A stretch of 64,000 nucleotides of DNA from Candidatus Binatia bacterium (GCA_963664015.2 CAXXLF010000001.1:192001-256000); one strand, 5' to 3'. Shown: positions 38,848 through 49,310, numbered from the stretch's first letter. Made by a program: numbers and translations. Notes: generated from the sequence alone by a model not told the origin.

Positions 38848-39873
38848 CTAAGTTGTCGCGGTACTTACACTTTTTCCCTTCAACAAAAGCACCTCTAGGA
38901 GTTTATCTTCATATCGGTGGGAAAAACTCTCAACCTTTTCCTTAAGAGGGATAACCGTGGTAAAACCCGGCGGGAAGGCCCCTACATTGCCCGTTAATTT
39001 TTTGACCTTCTCGTCAACGCAGCGTCCTTTAATAACAAAGTGGCCGTCTCTCAGAACCAATTCGTAAGCGTAATCGGGCATCTCCTCGGAAAGCTCCTCA
39101 CTACCGGGAAGACCAATATCAGGAGTCTTCCGTGGAAATTCCATTCGCAGGTGATAGGCCTCTCCTAGATCCTCTATGGTATAAGCTTGCCCGTAACGCC
39201 GCTCGCGCTCCAGCTTCTCGACAAATCCCTTGCCATAAAAACCTTCGACCGGCACTGGCAATCGGCGGAGCAAGCCGCTGTAGCGAGACATGATTCCCCT
39301 GATCGGGCCCACCATCGGTCCTCCATAAAACGCCCCTCGCAGAACCAGGTCCTCCTCCGGTCGCATCTGAAAAACCCCTTCCTTTAAACGATATAAACCT
39401 TCAACCAGCGCAAAGAAGAAACCCAACAAGATAAAGCTATTGAGGCTCTGGCTGAAAAGGACATCAATCCCTTTGACCGCAACGGCCAAAAGCATGAACA
39501 CTATGGGGTATGCAATAAAATTAAAAAGAATATTCAGCCCTGTCGAAACCGCTGCGCTAAAAAACATCTTGTTTTCAATCCGTGCCTCCAATTCGTCTTT
39601 GAGTTGGTGCGGGAGCGCTCCAAAAATAGGCTGTTGCAAAAAAACTAAGAGCAAAAAGCCCAGCTGGTTACGTTTGGCGATTTGTCCCAGCACTTCGTGA
39701 AAGCTAAGAGATAATTCCCCGGGGAACTGAGTTGGGGCTTGTGGTACTGGGCTTGGCTGTGACCCCGGTGCTTCCGATGTCGCCGCTATCTCCGTGTCTG
39801 CACTGTCCGCCTGAACCACGGGAGCCGATTTCTCTTCTGAGACTTCATCACCCTTGTTTTCGGTTTCCTCCAT
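38848..39873 (-). CDS. membrane protein with a C-terminal HSP20/alpha-crystallin-like domain (inferred)
   Basis: acidic N-tail, 2-3 TM helices, C-terminal beta-strand pattern resembling an ACD. Confidence 0.55.
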   Translation of the reverse strand: MEETENKGDEVSEEKSAPVVQADSADTEIAATSEAPGSQPSPVPQAPTQFPGELSLSFHEVLGQIAKRNQLGFLLLVFLQQPIFGALPHQLKDELEARIENKMFFSAAVSTGLNILFNFIAYPIVFMLLAVAVKGIDVLFSQSLNSFILLGFFFALVEGLYRLKEGVFQMRPEEDLVLRGAFYGGPMVGPIRGIMSRYSGLLRRLPVPVEGFYGKGFVEKLERERRYGQAYTIEDLGEAYHLRMEFPRKTPDIGLPGSEELSEEMPDYAYELVLRDGHFVIKGRCVDEKVKKLTGNVGAFPPGFTTVIPLKEKVESFSHRYEDKLLEVLLLKGKSVSTATT

Positions 39874-40023
39874 AATCCCTTCGTTTCCCCTGTCGTAGAT
39901 TTGTTAGTAACTACTTCCTCAACCTAAGTAAGTAAAGTAATAAGTTACTTTTCCTGCTGCTCTTGTCAATGCTTGATTACCGCGTTGAAACTCCGACAAT
40001 CCATATGTTAAGGTGGACTTTGG

Positions 40024-40099
40024 GGCGGCGTACCCAAGTGGTTAAGGGAGAGGTCTGCAAAACCTCGATGCGGCGGTTCGAATCCGCCCGCCGCCTCCA
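40024..40099 (+). tRNA. tRNA-Cys(GCA)
   Basis: GGCGGCG/CGCCGCC acceptor, GAGGT-CTGCAAA-ACCTC anticodon arm, TTCGAAT, U73, CCA. Confidence 0.97.
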
Positions 40100-40192
40100 A
40101 CAGAAACCTCCTTGTCTAAACAGTTCCCATTCCTTCCCCAGCCAACTCTCAACGGCGGGCCCCCACTCCAATTGTCAACCGTGGAGCTTCTT

Positions 40193-40837
40193 TCAAGGTC
40201 TCTGATTGGCGGCAGAGCCTAGTTTGTAGCCTTCCCGGGCTGTCATTCTTTCCACATAGTCCCTAAGGACATCGCCCAGTTGAAGTTTATGCCTGAACCC
40301 TGACAATAGGCACGTGGTCAGGAGAAGATCCGCACATGTGAAGGTATCACCGAGGATATAAGGCCCTCCATGGGTCAACTGGAGGTGGGCCACGTGGGCC
40401 TGTTTTTCAAACCCTTCAAAGGCTGCGCGAACCGCATTGGGAGCTTCTCCATAGATCTCTTTTAGGGCAACATGTTTGCGCACGATGTACGTGGTGTGCG
40501 CATCTAACTCCGTCATAGCAAAAAAACACCACTCGTAGTATTTGGCACGCTCACGGGTTCCCATGGGAGGCACCAGTCCCTGGGCCGCTCCATAGGATTC
40601 GCCCAGATAGGTAACAATGGCGGCGCTTTCGGCCAAGGTTAGATCACCGTCTTGCAAAACGGGTATCTTCTCCCTTGGATTGAGCTTCGTAAACTCCGGA
40701 TCTTGGGTCTCCCCAGTTCGAGAACCAATGGGACGTTTCTCATATTCTAGCCCCAACTCGTGAAGCATCCAGTGCCCTCTGAGCGTACGTGGCGTACCTG
40801 ACCCCCATAAAATACGACGGGTCTTTTCGCTAGTCAT
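40193..40837 (-). CDS. glutathione S-transferase family protein
   Basis: WMLHELGL, LNPREKIP, ESAAI..YL, GDTFTCADL. Confidence 0.9.
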   Translation of the reverse strand: MTSEKTRRILWGSGTPRTLRGHWMLHELGLEYEKRPIGSRTGETQDPEFTKLNPREKIPVLQDGDLTLAESAAIVTYLGESYGAAQGLVPPMGTRERAKYYEWCFFAMTELDAHTTYIVRKHVALKEIYGEAPNAVRAAFEGFEKQAHVAHLQLTHGGPYILGDTFTCADLLLTTCLLSGFRHKLQLGDVLRDYVERMTAREGYKLGSAANQRP

Positions 40838-41258
40838 TATTTTCCCACCTTACTTGCGCGCCAGCTCGAAACAGAAGGCTGCGCCCAGTTCCCACATTTA
40901 AAGTAACCGAATTATACCGCTAAGATCAAACAAAACCTTTTCTATCTAGCCGAGAGCTTGACTCCTCGAATGCATCCGAGTTGCCAACCAGAAGTGTTGC
41001 CGCGCCGAATGCAACGCATTGTTTTTACGCATTTAATTTGATCAGTTTTAAATTTACCGCCCGTAGGGCCAGGGTCACTCAACTTTTTCCCCAACTGGCC
41101 CTCCCAGGCCCATTGAGCCCCCCCCCACTTGCAATTTATTTAAGGGAAAGCTAAAACTCCTTGCCTAAACAAGCCCCTACCTATTACGAAAAGTTTGCAA
41201 TGAATACTTCGGCTCAAACGGGTTCAATACTAGAAACGAATTAGGGGAGGAGGACTCT

Positions 41259-41627
41259 ATGGAGAGAGAAGAAACCTATGAACGTTTGCTGCAGGCTCTT
41301 CTCGACATGAAGAATGAGATCCAAACAAGGATTCGCCCCTTGGAGGATCAAATCGTTCAGGCCAATGTCGAGTATCTAAAGGAAGTCTTCGAGCATCAAA
41401 ACAACTTGCTGGGGGAATGCCTCAACGCCATTGACCAAAAGATTATTGACTGCCGAAGTCACATAGAAGACTACAAGAGAATCTATGCTGACCTCAGCAC
41501 TCTCAACGATCGACTTGCCCGTTTGGGAGCCGAGGCCCCGGCAATCTCAAACTCACTGCCCAGCACGGATATTGGAGACATTGTCCGGCAGCGGATTGAG
41601 CAGTTAAAATTCCAGGGAAGACTTTAG
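41259..41627 (+). CDS. hypothetical coiled-coil protein
   Basis: strong GGAGGAGG RBS, helical heptad pattern. Confidence 0.7.
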   Translation: MEREETYERLLQALLDMKNEIQTRIRPLEDQIVQANVEYLKEVFEHQNNLLGECLNAIDQKIIDCRSHIEDYKRIYADLSTLNDRLARLGAEAPAISNSLPSTDIGDIVRQRIEQLKFQGRL

Positions 41628-41774
41628 TCTACGCTTGAGTGCTACCGGCGAGTTGTAGGATATCCTCTCTCTGATCTGACCGAAATCTTGTTCAGCCGAG
41701 TTTGCAATCCTGCTGTTTTCGGGGCTTAATACGGGTCGACCGACGATCCGAGAGTGCACCCGTCAATTCCAATC

Positions 41775-42500
41775 TCAACGGTTATAGACTCGCAGTTTAA
41801 CTGACGACTGGGGTAGTCGATTCAAATGGACAAGCGGCCCCCGGGTGATTTCGATAAGTGGCCGAGGGGCGCCTGGTGAACCCTGACGGGTTGGGGAATC
41901 CGGCCTTTCAGAGCTCCTCCCGACAAACCTACCCGCTAAGTGCAAGACGCGCCCCAAATCCCTCGCTTGCCGACCAAGGGCCAAAACCGATGCGGATGTC
42001 AGCAGAACCTGCCCTGGTCGATAGCGATTGATCACTTTTTTGATATAACTTTGTGTTTCCCGATAGGGTGGAATGCCGCTGTACCTCCGGATAACATTCT
42101 CGCCTGCATTATAGGCGGCCAGGACATGAAGAAGATTATCAAATCGAATAAGCAGATCCCGTAAATAACGCACCCCTCCTGATACATTTTCTCCTGCGTT
42201 AAACGGATTAGACACCCCATAGCGTGCCGCCGTCCCCGGCATCAGTTGCATCAGTCCCAATGCCCCCTTGGGTGACATGGCCAAGGGAGCAAAATTCGAT
42301 TCTACGGAGATGACCGCTTCCACCAGGTCGGGATCCACGCCGTAACGTGACGCCGTAGCTACGATTATGCCGCGAAGGGCACCCTCCTCCGTGAGTTGAA
42401 GGGAATTTCCCGACGCTACCTCCTCAGCAGCCAGTCGGGGGCCCTGCCCAAAGAATAGTGCGCTCAAGACGACCAAAGAGATCAAGCACGTCCTCGCCAT
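41775..42500 (-). CDS. lytic transglycosylase (SLT domain)
   Basis: VES.F, GALGLMQLMP, AAYNAG, PPYRET. Confidence 0.85.
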   Translation of the reverse strand: MARTCLISLVVLSALFFGQGPRLAAEEVASGNSLQLTEEGALRGIIVATASRYGVDPDLVEAVISVESNFAPLAMSPKGALGLMQLMPGTAARYGVSNPFNAGENVSGGVRYLRDLLIRFDNLLHVLAAYNAGENVIRRYSGIPPYRETQSYIKKVINRYRPGQVLLTSASVLALGRQARDLGRVLHLAGRFVGRSSERPDSPTRQGSPGAPRPLIEITRGPLVHLNRLPQSSVKLRVYNR

Positions 42501-42525
42501 AAACAGCCTCACTTTAAAAACATGT

Positions 42526-43499
42526 CTAATTTTCCTGCCAGGCCAAGAGAGAAAAAGCGCTGGTCGGCCCTGGAGATTGCTCGAGAACTCCTTCCACAAA
42601 TCGGAGAACCTTCCCTCCCCCCACCGCACCTTTTGACTGAATCCTAAATACACTGGATGAGACCTTTAGCTTGTTCTGGCCCACCAGGTTCGTTAACTGG
42701 GCGGCTTCCTGCGGTGACAAAGCCTCGAAGGTATTGAGCTGTTGCTCTGCGCTTCCGAGGCTAGAAAAGTTTTGGTCGTCAAAGGTCCCCAGTAAGTTGT
42801 CGGGGCCGGCGCGGTAGGGGCCCAATTTATCGGCAAACTCCTCACCCATTTTAAGAGCCAATAGGACTTCTCGCGGAGCCGTGTTCAGGTTGACCTTGCC
42901 GTCCGTATAGGCGGTGATAAATGCTCCGAAAGATTGGAAGGCTTCTTGGCTCATACCTTCTAATAGAAAAAGATCTTCCAAAACTCGAAAGGGCTTTCCT
43001 TGCACCTGTCCCAGCTTTTCCCCCGATTTTGACTGCTCAGGGCGCCAATCGAGAATGGAATCAGCAATTTCAGATGTCATTCCGGGAAGCCTGAGCAGGA
43101 CCGCTTGTGAAGCCGTATTGATATCTATCTTCCGGTCCTCATCCAAAACCCCGTATAGGACCTGCACTAACTCATCATTCCCCACCACGGCATAACTGAC
43201 CGTAAAGCGACCGTCCCCCAATTTAGCTTCCTTAAAAAGTTCCGTATTGTTTGCCCAAAGGTCTAAATAGGAGTCGACTTTGGGGGTCTCATCGTGCTCC
43301 AATTCGGCCACCGCACGATAGTATCCGGCCTTGCTAAATAAAGGGCCAGGGTCCGATCCCTTTGGTAACCCACTAGCCTCTGGTCAATTGAAGTCGAATA
43401 TCCAAGCCCGAGACCCAATAGAACCAGGAACGCCAAGATCCAAAGCACAACCATCAGAATCGAACCTTTGTCCGAAATAAGTTTACAGCTTCTGTTCAT
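42526..43499 (-). pseudogene. gspK: type II secretion minor pseudopilin GspK, frameshifted near 43330
   Basis: KG|SILMVVLWIL prepilin N-terminus, DEDRKIDINTA, ILDWR, GKVNLNTAP; split across two frames. Confidence 0.8.
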
Positions 43500-44211
43500 C
43501 GTGAAAGCCCTGGGAATAGCGGTAAATCTTTTGAATGGCGCTAGGGGTGAAGAGATTCTTGAGCGCCGCATGGCCGGCTTCCCGCATTCGAAAGGTAATC
43601 ATTCCCTCGGTATCCAAAAAATCCAGGGGTGGGATCATGGAACGGTAGCAGATACGATCCCAGAAGTTCTTCATTTTCTTGACCCGGGGGAGCAATCCCA
43701 TCTATCCCATCAGGACGAGCTGTAAGAGTTTGTACTCATTGGTCTCGTAGTTGAGCAAGGCGCGTAATATTTCCAGCGACTTTGAACTCAAACGCTGGGC
43801 TTCATCAATCAACAGTACGACGGTCTCATTTTCATTGACTCCCTTATCCTAGAGGAAGCGCACGATGGCCTCCAGGGATTCGGCTGAGGAGAGGGGCCCG
43901 GATCCGAGTTGGATCCGGAATATTTTTAGGAGTGCGGTAAGAAACTCTTCTTCGGCTTCATAAAACGGATTGAACATCAAATGGGAGGAGACCTTCTTAT
44001 CATTGTTTAGGATTTGAAACAGCCTGCGACTCAGTGTGGTCTTACCCGTACCCACATCCCCCAGGATGAGGCTCATTCCGCGCTTAAGTTTAATTGAGAC
44101 CTGCAAACGATACAGGGCATTCTTGTGAGCGGCGGACTCGTAAAAGAGTACTGGGTCCGGGCTCGTCGAAAACGGCTCTTTCTTCAAACCGAGGACTTGA
44201 TAGTAGCTCAT
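43483..44211 (-). pseudogene. ExeA/GspA-like AAA ATPase, two in-frame TAG stops, 3'-truncated
   Basis: EPFSTSPDP, GDVGTGKTT Walker A, LLIDEAQ Walker B after TAG 43849-51, second TAG 43702-04. Confidence 0.85.
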
Positions 44212-44570
44212 ATCCGCTCAGCAAGCCCCTCACTTTTAGCCAAATTTGTACGTTTTTGGACGCAATTCACCTCTTTTGTCATCCTCACCGGCTAAAGACC
44301 CACGGCTTCAGGGCCTGGATGTCATTCGTTGCCTGAATTGGACCCTCGGATCTTAAATGAGCAAGAAATATAGCAAAAATCAGGAGATGGAGTAAAAAGG
44401 GATAAATGCGGTTGAGACTAAAACTCTGTTTTAACTTTCAAATGTATCTTACCTGATGCCTCATTACCAATCTTACCAACACGTTACCAGTTTATCACCT
44501 GAACATATGGAAGGTAATTAATTTACGGGATAAGCAATGTGGGTGGGTCCGACTATCAAGATAACAAATG

Positions 44571-44831
44571 CTATTTCTCGCTGCCTAGAAGCTCGTCAAG
44601 TTCCCCTGTAGCATCGAGTTCCCGGATCTCCTGGTATCCGCCCAGGGGCTTCCCATCCACAAAGATCTGAGGCACGGTCAGCCGACCTGATAAGCGCCGA
44701 ACTTCTTTATGTAGAGCTTCATCATCGCCCATTTCCACCTCTTCGAATTCGACGCCCTTGGAGCTGAGCAAGGCCATGGCTTGCCGGCAGAAGGGGCAAG
44801 GATCTCTTGTGTAGACAACTATTTTCGCCAT
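44571..44831 (-). CDS. grxC: glutaredoxin 3
   Basis: CPFC, TVPQIF, GG motif. Confidence 0.9.
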   Translation of the reverse strand: MAKIVVYTRDPCPFCRQAMALLSSKGVEFEEVEMGDDEALHKEVRRLSGRLTVPQIFVDGKPLGGYQEIRELDATGELDELLGSEK

Positions 44832-45048
44832 AGTGCTTCAGTTATACTACTTTGTCCGTCGGGCCTTGTCCAATGCGGACTGAGGGGTCACGGAAGAAGC
44901 AGGAATCTGCCGGAGATTTTCGTCCGAATCAGAACCGCTACTAATTACTGTTTAACACTTCCTAGTTTTTTATCTTTTTTCCATAGCTCATAAATAATTA
45001 AGGCTATCCAATCAAGTGATCGATGAAACTTCAAAACACCTTTGACTC

Positions 45049-45117
45049 CTAGCCCAAAAATTCGAGCTCATTTTGGACTATATCCACCGTTGCCGGATTG
45101 TCTTCTACCTGGAGCAT
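45049..45117 (-). pseudogene. response-regulator receiver domain N-terminal remnant
   Basis: MLQVEDNPATVDIVQNELEFLG* matches beta1-alpha1 of REC domains; TAG where Tyr is usual. Confidence 0.5.
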
Positions 45118-45464
45118 TCGCCTTTCCTTGAATAGGGTAAACCCTTTATAATTTTATCATAGAGGGCATACTCAGGCTACAATTTTATCCAACGCATAAA
45201 CCTATAGCATCTCACCATATAATACAGGAGAACTAGATGATATTACTGAATTATATATCATACCTTAGAATAACCGATTAGTGAGCCTCCCGCGCCACTC
45301 CGCACACCTCTACGCAGCCTCCTTTTCCCAGGACTACGCCAGAGAGCCACACCCCGTCTCGTAGCCAAAAAACACCTCACAGGCTTTGGTCTGTGGCAAA
45401 AATAGTATATCATAACTTAAGGATTTCATGGACATTTCGACTCAGAGGTACCCAGCTAATTAAT

Positions 45465-46055
45465 ATGAATGTGATCGGTTTAACGGGCGGTATTGCAACT
45501 GGAAAGAGCGTAGTGGCCTCTCTCCTTCGGGAAATGGGGGCGGTGATCGTGGATGCCGATCAATTGGCTCGTGAAATCGTTCGTCCAGGACAAAAAGCGT
45601 GGCAAGAGATCCTTACCACCTTCGGACCTGATATCCTGAAGGATGACCAAACCATAAATCGGGAGAAACTGAGAGAGATGGTTTTTAAGGACCCGAGCGC
45701 TAGGAAAAGGCTTGAAACCATTACCCACCCCCGAATCCGGGAGTTGGCTCAGGAAAGGATCTCAGCGGCCACCGCCAAGCAGACCGAGGTGGTCGTATAC
45801 ATGGCCCCGCTACTTTTCGAGAACAAGGTCCATCTATGGATCCACCCTGTTGTTCTGGTCACCTGCGACCTGGACGTCCAGAAACAAAGGTTAAAGAAAC
45901 GGGACAAACTCAATGATTCGGAAATCGAAAGGCACCTGAGTGCCCAAATGCCCATGAAAGAAAAGAAAGAACTGGCCGATCTGGTGGTAGAAAACAACGG
46001 TGATCTTGAAGAGCTCAAAAAAACGGTTCAAGCGGTCTGGCAGGATATCAAGTAG
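45465..46055 (+). CDS. coaE: dephospho-CoA kinase
   Basis: IGLTGGIATGKS, DAD, LETITHP, PLLFE. Confidence 0.95.
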   Translation: MNVIGLTGGIATGKSVVASLLREMGAVIVDADQLAREIVRPGQKAWQEILTTFGPDILKDDQTINREKLREMVFKDPSARKRLETITHPRIRELAQERISAATAKQTEVVVYMAPLLFENKVHLWIHPVVLVTCDLDVQKQRLKKRDKLNDSEIERHLSAQMPMKEKKELADLVVENNGDLEELKKTVQAVWQDIK

Positions 46056-46617
46056 ATTTCACTCGTTCCAGATACCTCCCCTCAGAAGGGTCCACACGGA
46101 CCCGGTCACCCACCTGGATAAACGGCGGGACTTGAATCGTCACACTGGTTTCTAGTTTCGCTGGCTTGTACGATGCGCTTGCGGTAGCCCCCTTGATGAT
46201 AGGCTCGGTCTCAATAACTTCCAGATCTACCGTTTTAGGTGGATTCACACCGAGGGCCTTCCCTTCATAGAACTCGATCTCTACTACCTGGCTCGGCATT
46301 AAATAGGACAAGATATTGCCGATTTCTTCTTGAGATAAGGCAATCTGATCATAAGTCTCCGTATCCATAAAGGTGTGGAGTCCCCCGTCCTCATACAGGT
46401 ACTGCATGGAACGAGTTTCTAGAGTTGCCAACTCGATCTTGTCCTCAGAACGGAATCGGTTTTCAGTCCCCACCCTGGTTTTTATGCTTTTCAGCTTGGA
46501 TTGCACCAAACCCCGTTTGTTTCCAGGCGTCAGATGCTTTATGAGTGTTATCCGGAAAAGATCACCCTGGTAGATGATCAGCATGCCCGGTCTCAGTTGT
46601 GTTGCATTAATTTGCAT
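46048..46617 (-). CDS. efp: elongation factor P (PGNK loop variant)
   Basis: LRPGM, MQYLY, FMDTETYDQ, KPAKLET, VPPFI, YLER. Confidence 0.95.
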   Translation of the reverse strand: MQINATQLRPGMLIIYQGDLFRITLIKHLTPGNKRGLVQSKLKSIKTRVGTENRFRSEDKIELATLETRSMQYLYEDGGLHTFMDTETYDQIALSQEEIGNILSYLMPSQVVEIEFYEGKALGVNPPKTVDLEVIETEPIIKGATASASYKPAKLETSVTIQVPPFIQVGDRVRVDPSEGRYLERVKST

Positions 46618-46696
46618 AGTTCTAATTTCTAATTTGGAATTGGTAATTAGTCAACGGTGGCCCCAGCACCCAATCGAATATCCCTGTTTCGAATGG

Positions 46697-47870
46697 CTAT
46701 TGAGTGGGTCTTAGGCGTATAGCCCGCCCCACCCGTTCAACCCCGATCATCTGCGCCGCCAGTATCATGCCGATTTTCCCCCGCTGGCTCAATTGGAGAA
46801 CTTCACGGAATGCTTGCGTCATCATTTCCCTGAGCTTTTGGTTCACCTCCGCTTCGTTCCAGAAAAAATTCTGCAGGTCCTGGACTCACTCGAAATAGGG
46901 AACAATAACTCCGCCGGCATTGGCTAGTATATCGGGAATGATGAATATTTATTTATCTTCAAGTATTTTATCCGCCTCCAAATTGGTCGGGCCATTGGCC
47001 CCTTCGGCAAGAATCCTGCATTTCAGCCTAGCGGTGTTCTTCGAAGTAATCTCTAACTCATCTGCGGCTCTTTTCCTTGTGGAGAATAATTTCTTCCAGG
47101 TCCATCCCATGCTCATTAAACAGCGCACCGGACCGGTCACTGACAGCAGTCACCTTAACACCCAATGCCGCCAAATCCTTAGCGGCAACCATGCCCACAT
47201 TGCCAAAACCCTGAACCACCGCACTTGACCATTTCAAATTCAGCTTAAAGTGTTCCGCCGCCTCGACGATTGTGTAGACCAATCCCCGTCCGGTGGCCTC
47301 TTCTCTTCCCAGCGTGCCGCCGATATCCACCGGTTTTCCAGTTACGATATCGGGTACCGAATAACCCTTGTGCTGGCTATAAGGGTCCATAATCCAGAAC
47401 ATTACCTGCTCGTTGGTCCCCATATCTGGGGCAACAATGTCAATTTCCGGCCCAATGAAATTCAGGATTTCCGCGGTAAATCGCCGCGTCATACCTTGGA
47501 GTTCGCTACGGGAGAGTTCTCTGGGGTCACAGGTGATTCATCCTTTGGCTCCACCCAAAGGTAAGCCCACCAAGGCGTACTGTCCATGTCATCCACATGG
47601 ACAGTGCAAAGACCTCTCCCAGATTGACCCTCGGATGATAGCGCAATCCACCTTTGAAAGGTCCAGGACATCGTTATACTGCACCCGGTACCCGGCAAAC
47701 ATTCGAACCTCGCCATTATCCATCCTGGTTGGGACGCTAACGATCAAGGCCCGATCCGGCTGTTTCAGCCGACGGGCGATGTTGTGATCCAGGTTCAACC
47801 GCTCGGCCGCAATTTCGAACTGCTTAATCGCTAACTCGCTTGCCGGACTATCCCACTCGATGGTTTCCAT
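46697..47870 (-). pseudogene. Glu/Leu/Phe/Val dehydrogenase, multiply disrupted
   Basis: GYRVQ, GLPLGGAKG*, APDMGT, GREEATGRG, QGFGNVG, EGANGPT, PDILANAGGV, YFE*VQD spread over several frames. Confidence 0.9.
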
Positions 47871-47963
47871 ATATTCCTCCCACTCTACCCCTTCCCCATT
47901 TTTGATCTTAGATTCAATCCAAACTCCCCGATCCAAAATCTAAAAACCCTAATCTAAAATTCC

Positions 47964-48308
47964 TTATCCCGGTGGCCACTTCATCGGCCGTCCCCCCAGA
48001 AGGTGAAAGTGAATGTGAAACACACTTTGCCCCGCCGCCGCTCCACAGTTAGCTACGAGACGAAAGCCTTGTTCTGCAACACCATGTTCCCTGGCAAGCC
48101 GGGTAGCCACAGAGCAAATGTGACCCATCAGTTCCACGTCCAAATCGTTCAAATCAAGAAGAGTCTCAATGTGTCTGAGGGGAACGATGAGAAGATGTAG
48201 TGGAGCCTGGGGATTGACGTCCTCGATCGCCGCCACCGATTCATCTTGAAAGAGCACCTTCCCTTGGATTTCTCCGGCAATTATCCCACAAAAGATACAC
48301 GTGCTCAA
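47964..48308 (-). CDS. hinT: histidine triad nucleotide-binding protein
   Basis: CIFC, PQAP.H, GQSVFHIHFHLLGGR, WPPG. Confidence 0.9.
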   Translation of the reverse strand: MSTCIFCGIIAGEIQGKVLFQDESVAAIEDVNPQAPLHLLIVPLRHIETLLDLNDLDVELMGHICSVATRLAREHGVAEQGFRLVANCGAAAGQSVFHIHFHLLGGRPMKWPPG

Positions 48309-48334
48309 ATTTCACCTCTCAGAATCTACTCAAC

Positions 48335-48691
48335 TCAAATCTCAGGGCAAAAGGCAAGGATACGCCCTTCCTTGATCCGCATCGGGATGCGGACTAAAGA
48401 GGCTCCGAAGCAGGGCCCCCATACACATTCGCCCGTGTTGGGTTTGTAGGTAGCGCCGTGATTCGCGCAGATCAAGTAGCGTTTGTCGTCGGAAAAAAAT
48501 TGGTTATCCAGCCAATCCATGGAAAGAGGGATATGACAGCACTCATTGACATAGGCAAAGATATCCCCCTCGTAACAGACCAACAACCCCTCTACAGTCT
48601 TACTCTGACAACGCAGCGTAAACTTCTTGGTCGTGCCATGGATGAGTTCATCGGTCCGGCCCACCGCTTTACCTTGCGCGCTCCTCGCCAT
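48335..48691 (-). CDS. Rieske [2Fe-2S] ferredoxin-like protein
   Basis: CCH...CANHGA, GPC. Confidence 0.85.
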   Translation of the reverse strand: MARSAQGKAVGRTDELIHGTTKKFTLRCQSKTVEGLLVCYEGDIFAYVNECCHIPLSMDWLDNQFFSDDKRYLICANHGATYKPNTGECVWGPCFGASLVRIPMRIKEGRILAFCPEI

Positions 48692-48700
48692 AATGCCCCG

Positions 48701-49189
48701 TTAATCGGCCAAGTCCACCAGGAAGGATAGATCCCCTTCCGGGCAGCCAACCAAAATCTTTCCCTGTTCCACCAGCACCGGCAGCCGATAAAGAGACAGC
48801 CCCTTGCAGGGCCCATCGACACAGAGCCCAGAGTGGGGTTCATAAATCGCCCCATGCATCATGCAGATCAGGTGGCGTTGCTCGTCAGTGTGGAATTGGT
48901 TACGAACAAAATCCAGCGGAGTGGCCATGTGTCGACACCGGTTGATATACGCGTGGTAACTGCCTCCGTCGTTGAGCAGCAAACAATCGATTCGATACTT
49001 TTCGCAGATGAGCCAAAACTTCATCACGGCGCCATGCGCCAATTCACCGTCCCGAGCAATGATTCTTCCGCTCAGTCGTCCCTTTTCCTCCATCTGGGTC
49101 TTGTCCCGTAGGAGAACTCGCCGACGCACCAACAGGCCAACAACATAAAGGACGAGAAACACTAGGGAAATATAGATGGTCAATTCCAT
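48701..49189 (-). CDS. membrane-anchored Rieske [2Fe-2S] ferredoxin-like protein
   Basis: N-terminal TM, CRH...CMMHGA, GPC. Confidence 0.85.
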   Translation of the reverse strand: MELTIYISLVFLVLYVVGLLVRRRVLLRDKTQMEEKGRLSGRIIARDGELAHGAVMKFWLICEKYRIDCLLLNDGGSYHAYINRCRHMATPLDFVRNQFHTDEQRHLICMMHGAIYEPHSGLCVDGPCKGLSLYRLPVLVEQGKILVGCPEGDLSFLVDLAD

Positions 49190-49310
49190 GCCAGGTTACG
49201 GTTGCTCTACTGTTCGTGAATTTCTTGACGGACATTTCCTAAGTTTGCAAGTTTGTCGAATCGGTCGAACCACTTTGTGCTCGCCTCAAGAAGCGGGGGG
49301 TTACATTCAA

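Noticed and set aside
39963-40205. ORFs overlapping tRNA-Cys (likewise 62482..63013 over SRP RNA and tRNA-Ser)
   Set aside because: spurious translations of RNA genes
43702-45051. TAG recoding (pyrrolysine or Gln) suggested by three in-frame TAGs in exeA and the REC fragment
   Set aside because: many intact genes (rimI, grxC, coaE, metF, gamma-CA) end properly at TAG, and the affected genes are also truncated
46880-47545. TGA codons in gdh as selenocysteine
   Set aside because: they fall at conserved Gly/Trp positions in a gene that also has frameshifts
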